Shown: one piece after another, positions 37,511-50,516 of the stretch | Position numbering within the stretch: position 1 is the first letter of the stretch | Layout of the letters: every line of letters begins with the position of its first letter | NCBI GenBank assembly: GCA_964057225.1 | Contig: OZ059899.1 | Location: forward strand, 11,222,001 to 11,286,000 | DNA length: 64,000 nt | Direction: 5' to 3' | Source of the DNA: Auanema rhodensis | Lineage: Eukaryota; Animalia; Nematoda | Position numbers and translations under genes: made by a program | Notes under the pieces: model-generated | The model's input: only the letters and a program-made list of their open reading frames with translations | What the model was told of the DNA's origin: nothing | The model's database searches: none

Positions 37511-38100
37511 TACGAAAGTACGAAATAACAAAGCGCTGATTATAGGAAACGTGAATGAATGCAGATATTCTCAATTCCGATTCATTAACTAGATCGTGGT
37601 CAGCATTTTACAACATTGATAAAATAGAAACTGAGAAAAAAACATCAACAAATGACACTATTAACTTGGTTTTTTGAACAGCTTTTTTATATTTCTTTTT
37701 TCACTATGAGAGAACTTATATTTATTGCTTTTTCAAAATTTTCCATTTAAACATTATACATCTTGACTATCACACATTGAGAACAACAGTTGGCAATGTT
37801 GGTTGTCACGTCATATTTCATGCAGTTAGATTTTCAGACACATTAATACCTTTGACCATTCTTGTTATGAGTTTTGTAACGATAGATCGTAATAGGAAAT
37901 GAATTGCTATAATATGAAAAAATACAAGACATAGTCAACATTGATTTCCCCAAATAGTATCATGTTTGCTTGTTATTCAATTAGAACACTTATTTTTTGA
38001 TTGTTTTCTTCAAATATTCTTTTTTTTTTTAACAAAGTTATGACTGAGATCAAAATTTGAACTTACTTTTGAACAATTAAACAGAAATTTAAAAAATATT

Positions 38101-38174
38101 TGCCGCCAGCAGGGGTCGAACCTGCGACCTTGGGCTTATTAGACCCACGCTCTAACCGACTGAGCTATGGCGGC
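38101..38174 (-). tRNA. tRNA-Ile(AAT)
   Basis: Consensus copy. Confidence 0.95.
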
Positions 38175-38764
38175 TACAAAAGTACGAAATAACAAAGCGC
38201 TGATTATAGGAAACGTGAATGAATGCAGATATTCTCAATTCCGATTCATTAACTAGATCGTGGTCAGCATTTTACAACATTGATAAAATAGAAACTGAGA
38301 AAAAAACATCAACAAATGACACTATTAACTTGGTTTTTTGAACAGCTTTTTTATATTTCTTTTTTCACTATGAGAGAACTTATATTTATTGCTTTTTCAA
38401 AATTTTCCATTTAAACATTATACATCTTGACTATCACACATTGAGAACAACAGTTGGCAATGTTGGTTGTCACGTCATATTTCATGCAGTTAGATTTTCA
38501 GACACATTAATACCTTTGACCATTCTTGTTATGAGTTTTGTAACGATAGATCGTAATAGGAAATGAATTGCTATAATATGAAAAAATACAAGACATAGTC
38601 AACATTGATTTCCCCAAATAGTATCATGTTTGCTTGTTATTCAATTAGAACACTTATTTTTTGATTGTTTTCTTCAAATATTCTTTTTTTTTTTAACAAA
38701 GTTATGACTGAGATCAAAATTTGAACTTACTTTTGAACAATTAAACAGAAATTTAAAAAATATT

Positions 38765-38838
38765 TGCCGCCAGCAGGGGTCGAACCTGCGACCTTGGGCT
38801 TATTAGACCCACGCTCTAACCGACTGAGCTATGGCGGC
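38765..38838 (-). tRNA. tRNA-Ile(AAT)
   Basis: Consensus copy. Confidence 0.95.
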
Positions 38839-39430
38839 TACAAAAGTACGAAATAACAAAGCGCTGATTATAGGAAACGTGAATGAATGCAGATATTCTC
38901 AATTCCGATTCATTAACTAGATCGTGGTCAGCATTTTACAACATTGATAAAATAGAAACTGAGAAAAAAACATCAACAAATGACACTATTAACTTGGTTT
39001 TTTGAACAGCTTTTTTATATTTCTTTTTTCACTATGAGAGAACTTATATTTATTGCTTTTTCAAAATTTTCCATTTTTAACATTATACATCTTGACTATC
39101 ACACATTGAGAACAACAGTTGGCAATGTTGGTTGTCACGTCATATTTCATGCAGTTAGATTTTCAGACACATTAATACCTTTGACCATTCTTCTTATGAG
39201 TTTTGTAACGATAGATCGTAATAGGAAATGAATTGCTATAATATGAAAAAATACAAGACATAGTCAACATTGATTTCCCCAAATAGTATCATGTTTGCTT
39301 GTTATTCAATTAGAACACTTATTTTTTGATTGTTTTCTTCAAATATTCTTTTTTTTCTTTAACAAAGTTATGACTGAGATCAAAATTTGAACTTACTTTT
39401 GAACAATTGAACAGAAATTTAAAAAATATT

Positions 39431-39504
39431 TGCCGCCAGCAGGGGTCGAACCTGCGACCTTGGGCTTATTAGACCCACGCTCTAACCGACTGAGCTATGG
39501 CGGC
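39431..39504 (-). tRNA. tRNA-Ile(AAT)
   Basis: Consensus copy. Confidence 0.95.
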
Positions 39505-40095
39505 TACGAAAGTACGAAATAACAAAGCGCTGATTATAGGAAACGTGAATGAATGCAGATATTCTCAATTCCGATTCATTAACTAGATCGTGGTCAGCAT
39601 TTTACAACATTGATAAAATAGAAACTGAGAAAAAAACATCAACAAATGACACTATTAACTTGGTTTTTTGAACAGCTTTTTTATATTTCTTTTTTCACTA
39701 TGAGAGAACTTATATTTATTGCTTTTTCAAAATTTTCCATTTTTAACATTATACATCTTGACTATCACACATTGAGAACAACAGTTGGCAATGTTGGTTG
39801 TCACGTCATATTTCATGCAGTTAGATTTTCAGACACATTAATACCTTTGACCATTCTTCTTATGAGTTTTGTAACGATAGATCGTAATAGGAAATGAATT
39901 GCTATAATATGAAAAAATACAAGACATAGTCAACATTGATTTCCCCAAATAGTATCATGTTTGCTTGTTATTCAATTAGAACACTTATTTTTTGATTGTT
40001 TTCTTCAAATATTCTTTTTTTTTTTAACAGAGTTATGACTGAGATCAAAATTTGAACTTACTTTTGAACAATTAAACAGAAATTTAAAAAATATT

Positions 40096-40169
40096 TGCCG
40101 CCAGCAGGGGTCGAACCTGCGACCTTGGGCTTATTAGACCCACGCTCTAACCGACTGAGCTATGGCGGC
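40096..40169 (-). tRNA. tRNA-Ile(AAT)
   Basis: Consensus copy. Confidence 0.95.
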
Positions 40170-40761
40170 TACGAAAGTACGAAATAACAAAGCGCTGATT
40201 ATAGGAAACGTGAATGAATGCAGATATTCTCAATTCCGATTCATTAACTAGATCGTGGTCAGCATTTTACAACATTGAAAAAATAGAAACTGAGAAAAAA
40301 ACATCAACAAATGACACTATTAACTTGGTTTTTTGAACAGCTTTTTTATATTTCTTTTTTCACTATGAGAGAACTTATATTTATTGCTTTTTCAAAATTT
40401 TCCATTCTTAACATTATACATCTTGACTATCACACATTGAGAACAACAGTTGGCAATGTTGGTTGTCACGTCATATTTCATGCAGTTAGATTTTCAGACA
40501 CATTAATACCTTTGACCATTCTTCTTATGAGTTTTGTAACGATAGATCGTAATAGGAAATGAATTGCTATAATATGAAAAAATACAAGACATAGTCAACA
40601 TTGATTTCCCCAAATAGTATCATGTTTGCTTGTTATTCAATTAGAACACTTATTTTTTGATTGTTTTCTTGAAATATTCTTTTTTTTCTTCAACAAAGTT
40701 ATGACTGAGATCAAAATTTGAACTTATTTTTGAACAATTAAACAGAAATTTTAAAAATATT

Positions 40762-40835
40762 TGCCGCCAGCAGGGGTCGAACCTGCGACCTTGGGCTTAT
40801 TAGACCCACGCTCTAACCGACTGAGCTATGGCGGC
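40762..40835 (-). tRNA. tRNA-Ile(AAT)
   Basis: Consensus copy. Confidence 0.95.
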
Positions 40836-41428
40836 TACGAAAGTACGAAATAACAAAGCGCTGATTATAGGAAAAGTGAATGAATGCAGATATTCTCAAT
40901 TCCGATTCATTAACTAGATCGTGGTCAGCATTTTACAACATTGATAAAATAGAAACTGAGAAAAAAACATCAACAAATGACACTATTAACTTGGTTTTTT
41001 CAACAGCTTTTTTATATTTCTTTTTTCACTATGAGAGAACTTATATTTATTGCTTTTTCAAAATTTTTCATTTTTAACATTATACATCTTGACTATCACA
41101 CATTGAGAACAACAGTTGGCAATGTTGGTTGTCACGTCATATTTCATGCAGTTAGATTTTCAGACACATTAATACCTTTGACCATTCTTCTTATGAGTTT
41201 TGTAACGATAGATCGTAATAGGAAATGAATTGCTATAATATGAAAAAATACAAGACATAGTCAACATTGATTTCCCCAAATAGTATCATGTTTGCTTGTT
41301 ATTCAATTAGAACACTTATTTTTTGATTGTTTTCTTCAAATATTCTTTTTTTTTCTTTAACAAAGTTATGACTGAGATCAAAATTTGAACTTACTTTTGA
41401 ACAATTGAACAGAAATTTAAAAAATATT

Positions 41429-41502
41429 TGCCGCCAGCAGGGGTCGAACCTGCGACCTTGGGCTTATTAGACCCACGCTCTAACCGACTGAGCTATGGCG
41501 GC
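41429..41502 (-). tRNA. tRNA-Ile(AAT)
   Basis: Consensus copy. Confidence 0.95.
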
Positions 41503-42095
41503 TACGAAAGTAAGAAATAACAAAGCGCTGATTATAGGAAACGTGAATGAATGCAGATATTCTCAATTCCGATTCATTAACTAGATCGTGGTCAGCATTT
41601 TACAACATTGATAAAATAGAAACTGAGAAAAAAACATCAACAAATGACACTATTAACTTGGTTTTTTGAACAGCTTTTTTATATTTCTTTTTTCACTATG
41701 AGAGAACTTATATTTATTGCTTTTTCAAAATTTTTCATTTTTAACATTATACATCTTGACTATCACACATTGAGAACAACAGTTGGCAATGTTGGTTGTC
41801 ACGTCATATTTCATGCAGTTAGATTTTCAGACACATTAATACCTTTAACCATTCTTCTTATGAGTTTTGTAACGATAGATCGTAATAGGAAATGAATTGC
41901 TATAATATGAAAAAATACAAGACATAGTCAACATTGATTTCCCCAAATAGTATCATGTTTGCTTGTTATTCAATTAGACCACTTATTTTTTGATTGTTTT
42001 CTTGAAATATTCTTTTTTTTTCTTTAACAAAATTATGACTGAGATCAAAATTTGAACTTACTTTTGAACAATTAAACAGAAATTTAAAAAATATT

Positions 42096-42169
42096 TGCCG
42101 CCAGCAGGGGTCGAACCTGCGACCTTGGGCTTATTAGACCCACGCTCTAAATGACTGAGCTATGGCGGC
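42096..42169 (-). tRNA. tRNA-Ile(AAT) with D-loop GG>AT (likely defective)
   Basis: Invariant G18G19 lost. Confidence 0.8.
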
Positions 42170-42761
42170 TACGAAAGTACGAAATAACAAAGCGCTGATT
42201 ATAGGAAACGTGAATGAATGCAGATATTCTCAATTCCGATTCATTAACTAGATCGTGGTCAGCATTTTACAACATTGATAAAATAGAAACTGAGAAAAAA
42301 ACATCAACAAATGACACTATTAACTTGGTTTTTTGAACAGCTTTTTTATATTTCTTTTTTCACTATGAGAGAACTTATATTTATTGCTTTTTCAAAATTT
42401 TCCATTTTTAACATTATACATCTTGACTATCACACATTGAGAACAACAGTTGGCAATGTTGGTTGTCACGTCATATTTCATGCAGTTAGATTTTCAGACA
42501 CATTAATACCTTTAACCATTCTTCTTATGAGTTTTGTAACGATAGATCGTAATAGGAAATGAATTGCTATAATATGAAAAAATACAAGACATAGTCAACA
42601 TTGATTTCCCCAAATAGTATCATGTTTGCTTGTTATTCAATTAGAACACTTTTTTTTTGATTGTTTTCTTGAAATATTCTTTTTTTTCTTTAACAAAGTT
42701 ATGACTGAGATCAAAATTTGAACTTACTTTTGAACAATTAAACAGAAATTTAAAAAATATT

Positions 42762-42835
42762 TGCCGCCAGCAGGGGTCGAACCTGCGACCTTGGGCTTAT
42801 TAGACCCACGCTCTAACCGACTGAGCTATGGCGGC
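42762..42835 (-). tRNA. tRNA-Ile(AAT)
   Basis: Consensus copy. Confidence 0.95.
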
Positions 42836-43425
42836 TACGAAAGTACGAAATAACAAAGCGCTGATTATAGGAAACGTGAATGAATGCAGATATTCTCAAT
42901 TCCGATTCATTAACTAGATCGTGGTCAGCATTTTACAACATTGATAAAATAGAAACTGAGAAAAAAACATCAACAAATGACACTATTAACTTGGTTTTTT
43001 GAACAGCTTTTTTATATTTTTTTTTTCACTATGAGAGAACTTATATTTATTGCTTTTTCAAAATTTTCCATTTTTAACATTATACATCTTGACTATCACA
43101 CATTGAGAACAACAGTTGGCAATGTTGGTTGTCACGTCATATTTCATGCAGTTAGATTTTCAGACACATTAATACCTTTGACCATTCTTCTCATGAGTTT
43201 TGTAACGATAGATCGTAATAGGAAATGAATTGCTATAATATGAAAAAATACAAGACATAGTCAACATTGATTTCCCTAAATAGTATCATGTTTGCTTGTT
43301 ATTCAATTAGAACACTTATTTTTTGATTGTTTTCTTCAAATATTCTTTTTTTTTTAACAAAGTTATGACTGAGATCAAAATTTGAACTTACTTTTGAACA
43401 ATTAAACAGAAATTTAAAAAATATT

Positions 43426-43499
43426 TGCCGCCAGCAGGGGTCGAACCTGCGACCTTCGGCTTATTAGACCCACGCTCTAACCGACTGAGCTATGGCGGC
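43426..43499 (-). tRNA. tRNA-Ile(AAT), anticodon-stem mismatch variant
   Basis: GCCGA in place of GCCCA. Confidence 0.87.
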
Positions 43500-44091
43500 T
43501 ACGAAAGTACGAAATAACAAAGCGCTGATTATAGGAAACGTGAATGAATGCAGATATTCTCAATTCCGATTCATTAACTAGATCGTGGTCAGCATTTTAC
43601 AACATTGATAAAATAGAAACTGAGAAAAAAACATCAACAAATGACACTATTAACTTGGTTTTTTGAACAGCTTTTTTATATTTCTTTTTTCACTATGAGA
43701 GAACTTATATTTATTGCTTTTTCAAAATTTTCCATTTTTAACATTATACATCTTGACTATCACACATTGAGAACAACAGTTGGCAATGTTGGTTGTCACG
43801 TCATATTTCATGCAGTTAGATTTTCAGACACATTAATACCTTTAACCATTCTTCTTATGAGTTTTGTAACGATAGATCGTAATAGGAAATGAATTGCTAT
43901 AATATGAAAAAATACAAGACATAGTCAACATTGATTTCCCCAAATAGTATCATGTTTGCTTGTTATTCAATTAGAACACTTTTTTTTTGATTGTTTTCTT
44001 GAAATATTCTTTTTTTTCTTTAACAAAGTTATGACTGAGATCAAAATTTGAACTTACTTTTGAACAATTAAACAGAAATTTAAAAAATATT

Positions 44092-44165
44092 TGCCGCCAG
44101 CAGGGGTCGAACCTGCGACCTTGGGCTTATTAGACCCACGCTCTAACCGACTGAGCTATGGCGGC
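44092..44165 (-). tRNA. tRNA-Ile(AAT)
   Basis: Consensus copy. Confidence 0.95.
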
Positions 44166-44757
44166 TACGAAAGTACGAAATAACAAAGCGCTGATTATAG
44201 GAAACGTGAATGAATGCAGATATTCTCAATTCCGATTCATTAACTAGATCGTGGTCAGCATTTTACAACATTGATAAAATGGAAACTGAGAAAAAAACAT
44301 CAACAAAAGACACTATTAACTTGGTTTTTTGAACAGCTTTTTTATATTTTTTTTTTCACTATGAGAGAACTTATATTTATTGCTTTTTCAAAATTTTCCA
44401 TTTTTAACATTATACATCTTGACTATCACACATTGAGAACAACAGTTGGCAATGTTGGTTGTCACGTCATATTTCATGCAGTTAGATTTTCAGACACATT
44501 AATACCTTTAACCATTCTTCTTATGAGTTTTGTAACGATAGATCGTAATAGGAAATGAATTGCTATAATATGAAAAAATACAAGACATAGTCAACATTGA
44601 TTTCCCCAAATAGTATCATGTTTGCTTGTTATTCAATTAGAACACTTTTTTTTTGATTGTTTTCTTGAAATATTCTTTTTTTTCTTCAACAAAGTTATGA
44701 CTGAGATCAAAATTTGAACTTACTTTTGAACAATTAAACAGAAATTTAAAAAATATT

Positions 44758-44831
44758 TGCCGCCAGCAGGGGTCGAACCTGCGACCTTGGGCTTATTAGA
44801 CCCACGCTCTAACCGACTGAGCTATGGCGGC
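44758..44831 (-). tRNA. tRNA-Ile(AAT)
   Basis: Consensus copy. Confidence 0.95.
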
Positions 44832-45423
44832 TACGAAAGTACGAAATAACAAAGCGCTGATTATAGGAAACGTGAATGAATGCAGATATTCTCAATTCCG
44901 ATTCATTAACTAGATCGTGGTCAGCATTTTACAACATTGATAAAATAGAAACTGAGAAAAAAACATCAACAAATGACACTATTAACTTGGTTTTTTGAAC
45001 AGCTTTTTTATATTTCTTTTTTCACTATGAGAGAACTTATATTTATTGCTTTTTCAAAATTTTCCATTTTTAACATTATACATCTTGACTATCACACATT
45101 GAGAACAACAGTTGGCAATGTTGGTTGTCACGTCATATTTCATGCAGTTAGATTTTCAGACACATTAATACCTTTAACCATTCTTCTTATGAGTTTTGTA
45201 ACGATAGATCGTAATAGGAAATGAATTGCTATAATATGAAAAAATACAAGACATAGTCAACATTGATTTCCCCAAATAGTATCATGTTTGCTTGTTATTC
45301 AATTAGAACACTTATTTTTTGATTGTTTTCTTGAAATATTCTTTTTTTTCTTTAACAAAATTATGACTGAGATCAAAATTTGAACTTACTTTTGAACAAT
45401 TAAACAGAAATTTAAAAAATATT

Positions 45424-45497
45424 TGCCGCCAGCAGGGGTCGAACCTGCGACCTTGGGCTTATTAGACCCACGCTCTAAATGACTCAGCTATGGCGGC
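45424..45497 (-). tRNA. tRNA-Ile(AAT) with D-loop GG>AT and a D-stem mismatch (likely defective)
   Basis: Three substitutions in the A-box region. Confidence 0.75.
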
Positions 45498-46088
45498 TAC
45501 GAAAGTACGAAATAACAAAGCGTTGATTATAGGAAACGTGAATGAATGCAGATATTCTCAATTCCGATTCATTAACTAGATCGTGGTCAGCATTTTACAA
45601 TATTGATAAAATAGAAACTGAGAAAAAAACATCAACAAATGACACTATTAACTTGGTTTTTTGAACAGCTTTTTTATATTTCTTTTTTCACTATGAGAGA
45701 ACTTATATTTATTGCTTTTTCAAAAATTTCCATTTTTAACATTATACATCTTGACTATCACACATTGAGAACAACAGTTGGCAATGTTGGTTGTCACGTC
45801 ATATTTCATGCAGTTAGATTTTCAGACACATTAATACTTTTGACCATTCTTCTTATGAGTTTTGTAACGATAGATCGTAATAGGAAATGAATTGCTATAA
45901 TATGAATAAATACAAGACATAGTCAACATTGATTTCCCCAAATAGTATCATGTTTGCTTGTTATTCAATTAGAACACTTATTTTTTGATTGTTTTCTTCA
46001 AATATTCTTTTTTTTTTTAACAAAGTTATGACTGAGATCAAAATTTGAACTTACTTTTGAACAATTAAACAGAAATTTAAAAAATATT

Positions 46089-46162
46089 TGCCGCCAGCTG
46101 GGGTCGAACCTGCGACCTTGGGCTTATTAGACCCACGCTCTAACCGACTGAGCTATGGCGGC
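46089..46162 (-). tRNA. tRNA-Ile(AAT), T-stem mismatch variant
   Basis: One substitution. Confidence 0.87.
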
Positions 46163-46752
46163 TACGAAAGTACGAAATAACAAAGCGCTGATTATAGGAA
46201 ACGTGAATGAATGCAGATATTCTCCATTCCGATTCATTAACTAGATCGTGGTCAGCATTTTACAACATTGATAAAATAGAAACTGAGAAAAAAACATCAA
46301 CAAATGACACTATTAACTTGATTTTTTGAACAGCTTTTTTCTATTTCTTTTTTCACTATGAGAGAACTTATATTTATTGCTTTTTCAAAAATTTCCATTT
46401 TTAACATTATACATCTTGACTATCACACATTGAGAACAACAGTTGGCAATGTTGGTTGTCACGTCATATTTCATGCAGTTAGATTTTCAGACACATTAAT
46501 ACTTTTGACCATTCTTCTTATGAGTTTTGTAACGATAGATCGTAATAGGAAATGAATTGCTATAATATGAAAAAATACAAGACATAGTCAGCATTGATTT
46601 CCCCAAATAGTATCATGTTTGCTTGTTATTCAATTAGAACACTTATTTTTTGATTGTTTTCTTCAAATATTCTTTTTTTTTTAACAAAGTTATGACTGAG
46701 ATCAAAATTTGAACTTACTTTTGAACAATTAAACAGAAATTTAAAAAATATT

Positions 46753-46826
46753 TGCCGCCAGCAGGGGTCGAACCTGCGACCTTGGGCTTATTAGACCCAC
46801 GCTCTAACCGACTGAGCTATGGCGGC
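46753..46826 (-). tRNA. tRNA-Ile(AAT)
   Basis: Consensus copy. Confidence 0.95.
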
Positions 46827-47415
46827 TACGAAAGTACGAAATAACAAAGCGCTGATTATAGGAAACGTGAATGAATGCAGATATTCTCAATTCCGATTCA
46901 TTAACTAGATCGTGGTCAGCATTTTACAACATTGATAAAATAGAAACTGAGAAAAAAACATCAACAAATGACACTATTAACTTGGTTTTTTGAACAGCTT
47001 TTTTATATTTTTTTTTCACTATGAGAGAACTTATATTTATTGCTTTTTCAAAATTTTCCATTTTTAACATTATACATCTTGACTATCACACATTGAGAAC
47101 AACAGTTGGCAATGTTGGTTGTCACGTCATATTTCATGCAGTTAGATTTTCAGACACATTAATACCTTTGACCATTCTTCTTATGAGTTTTGTAACGATA
47201 GATCGTAATAGGAAATGAATTGCTATAATATGAAAAAATACAAGACATAGTCAACATTGATTTCCCCAAATAGTATCATGTTTGCTTGTTATTCAATTAG
47301 AACACTTATTTTTTGATTGTTTTCTTCAAATATTCTTTTTTTTTTAACAAAGTTATGACTGAGATCAAAATTTGAACTTACTTTTGAACAATTAAACAGA
47401 AATTTAAAAAATATT

Positions 47416-47489
47416 TGCCGCCAGCAGGGGTCGAACCTGCGACCTTGGGCTTATTAGACCCACGCTCTAACCGACTGAGCTATGGCGGC
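47416..47489 (-). tRNA. tRNA-Ile(AAT)
   Basis: Consensus copy. Confidence 0.95.
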
Positions 47490-48082
47490 TACGAAAGTAC
47501 GAAATAACAAAGCGCTGATTATAGGAAACGTGAATGAATGCAGATATTCTCAATTCCGATTCATTAACTAGATCGTGGTCAGCATTTTACAACATTGATA
47601 AAATAGAAACTGAGAAAAAAACATCAACAAATGACACTATTAACTTGGTTTTTTGAACAGCTTTTTTATATTTCTTTTTTCACTATGAGAGAACTTATAT
47701 TTATTGCTTTTTCAAAATTTTCCATTTTTAACATTATACATCTTGACTATCACACATTGAGAACAACAGTTGGCAATGTTGGTTGTCACGTCATATTTCA
47801 TGCAGTTAGATTTTCAGACACATTAATACCTTTGACCATTCTTCTTATGAGTTTTGTAACGATAGATCGTAATAGGAAATGAATTGCTATAATATGAAAA
47901 AATACAAGACATAGTCAACATTGATTTCCCCAAATAGTATCATGTTTGCTTGTTATTCAATTAGAACACTTATTTTTTGATTGTTTTCTTCAAATATTCT
48001 TTTTTTTTCTTTAACAAAGTTATGACTGAGATCAAAATTTGAACTTACTTTTGAACAATTAAACAGAAATTTAAAAAATATT

Positions 48083-48156
48083 TGCCGCCAGCAGGGGTCG
48101 AACCTGCGACCTTGGGCTTATTAGACCCACGCTCTAACCGACTGAGCTATGGCGGC
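48083..48156 (-). tRNA. tRNA-Ile(AAT)
   Basis: Consensus copy. Confidence 0.95.
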
Positions 48157-48223
48157 TACGAAAGTACGAAAAAACAAAGCGCTGATTATAGGAAACGTGA
48201 ATGAATGCAGATATTCTCAATTC

Positions 48224-48589
48224 CGTTCCATTCGGAGACTCTATATATGTAACTGCAGGGTTAGAGCCAGACCGACTAGAGGAATGAGGAATGGCACCGC
48301 CTTCCCTCATGCCCCTATTCGGGAGTTCGCCCCTTTGCAAGCCCATGGACGGTTTGCATCTAACTTAGTTAATCTTATATATTAGTCTTTGTCTTGTAAA
48401 TGTAGTTTACTTTATCCTTGTGTTATTGTATTGTAATGATATTGTATTGTGTATAATAAATCTATATATTTCCTTATCTTATGTAATCCTTATGCTCTGT
48501 TTCCATACCGCTACACTTATGGAATACTATACGCGTAGTTGAGCAGACTACAATGGTCTGTTCAATATACGTAGGAGCATAATGGAACG
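48224..48589 (+). repeat. 5' LTR, family B copy 2
   Basis: 9-bp terminal inverted repeat CGTTCCATT/AATGGAACG. Confidence 0.96.
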
Positions 48590-48610
48590 TGGAGGTTCCG
48601 CCTCGAACTC
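48590..48610 (+). promoter_or_regulatory. Primer binding site (tRNA-Gln)
   Basis: TGGAGGTTCCGCC (A>G versus copy 1) immediately after the LTR. Confidence 0.83.
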
Positions 48611-49571
48611 ATTTTTGTCGCAAAAACTCGCATAAAAAGTCCATATTTTGATATCTAAATTAAAACTTCCTCCACGGTTAGCAACATAATGAGGGCGCCA
48701 ACTTGTATAAGGTGCAGGTACAAGGGATCTCTCTTTTAGAGAGCTAGGACTATATAATTTTGAAATTTCACCCGCTGTCCCCTATCATAAAACCGTCTGA
48801 GTGTCCACCCTTATAATACCGTATCCTGCACCGCTTCTTTTGCATTTTTTTTTTTGAGGACGTTTGGATCGAAATAGGGGACAATTTCACCAAACGAAAT
48901 TTTGATTACATTATTATTTGGCAACGAGGAGTTAGAATGAAATTATGAAAGCGCACAAAGTTTAATATTTTATTGTGGTCAGGACTAGAAATTTGAAAGT
49001 TAAATTCAGGCGTAAAAGAGCATGCTAACTAAATATTTTTGCGGGAGCCGTTATTCGGTTTTTATTTTTTTTTTTTGATTGTGAGAATAGACCACACTAG
49101 TCCGAAAAATCCTGGCACAAATTTTATTGCCTGTCAGGTCATTTTGGCGAAAGCACATGGGCTACGGATGTTTTCTTCTCCGTAGAATGTGTCACCTTCC
49201 TCAGCTCATTTTTGTTGCTAACATCATAAGATATTCCCACACACCTACCGTAGTATTCATATTGTAATATTCTATAAATTAGTACAATGGTTTAAAGAAA
49301 AAATTGCGTTTTATAAACGAGCTTTGGTCTCAGTCCATTAGTAAAATGAGCAATCTTTTTAAATATTCTCGGAATCTCATTAGCATGCCAAAATCATTCC
49401 GAAAAAGAATCGCCCACGGCTTTTAATAATCAACGTGCACATGAGCCATTTTCCCAAGGCGCACGCACTCCTTCTTTATTAATAAGCTCGACCAAAGTTT
49501 GTGTTATGAAAAAAAAAAGAGAGAGAGAACAAATGAGTGAAATTAAGTATTTATTATATATGAAACAATTG

Positions 49572-50105
49572 TTAAAAGCCCCATTTAAAATGCAACTGTC
49601 TCACAAATTCTATAGGCTGTGAGATGGGCTCATCGCTAGGCTCTAAATACTGCGAATACACTGAATCCGCAGAGGTCCTTAGCAATAAGCCCATAGGAGA
49701 CTGTTCATAAAATAAATAAATTTTAAACAAAATTTTAGACATATAATCATAAAAATCATGAGACTTATGCTCATACCAATTCCAAGGGGATGCGACTAGA
49801 TTTGGGTTTTCATACCAATGCGCGCACAAGTCGGTGAGGCACCATCGCCGGATAGCTGCAACCTCATCCGCTATTTCCTGCATTAGGGAGAAGTTTACTA
49901 ATCCCCTTCCCAGATAATGCATCTTTAAATCCTCAATAAACTAAAAATTCTTATTAACATAACATGTTTCTTTGTTTTAACCAACCATCTTAATTATGTC
50001 TGGGTGCGGCCTATAAGCTAACACTTCGTCTTGATCATACAAGACGAGGTCAGCGTACAGCTTCCTCAAGACAAAAGTCATTCCCGATAGACCTTCATAA
50101 GCCAT
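49572..50105 (-). CDS. Spliced antisense accessory gene (exon 1 50105-49986, intron 49985-49941, exon 2 49940-49572; 162 aa)
   Basis: Same exon-intron structure as 2553-3086; 5 amino-acid differences; frame intact. Confidence 0.75.
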
Positions 50106-50516
50106 TCTTTGATTTATTTTTTTTTCAGCTCTACAAATATAAAGATTCTTATGCATAAAAAGGGGACATAAAACGACTGAAAATCTCTCTCATACTTTCA
50201 AGAATTCAATTAGAGTAAAGTATTAAGATTGAGGCTAGAAAGAGCGAAGACCAACAAAATTTATAATTGATGAACATCTGTGAAAAAGAATAAAGAAAAG
50301 AGAATACGGTAGATAGGCGGAGCCAGATCTCAGGCCAAGATTTTAAAACTCTTTCTCATCTAATAACGATTCTCGGCGAAAGACGCCACGTCTCAATCTT
50401 CAAACTTTTCTTACTTTTCCCTATAACCGACCTGAATTTCTTGTCACTCATTCAACGTCAACATCCCCCATATAACGAAACACTCGCGGTTTTTCCAAAC
50501 CAAGAGTGATTCCAAA

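Noticed and set aside
48259-48334. A-box/B-box mimic in the family B LTR (GGTTAGAGC ... GTTCGCCCCT)
   Set aside because: The B-box lacks the invariant A, spacing differs from the tRNA, and the matches are short enough to be chance.
48134-48385. ORFs spanning array/LTR junctions (also 18511-18705, 29113-29295, 59852-60043)
   Set aside because: Chance products crossing LTR boundaries.
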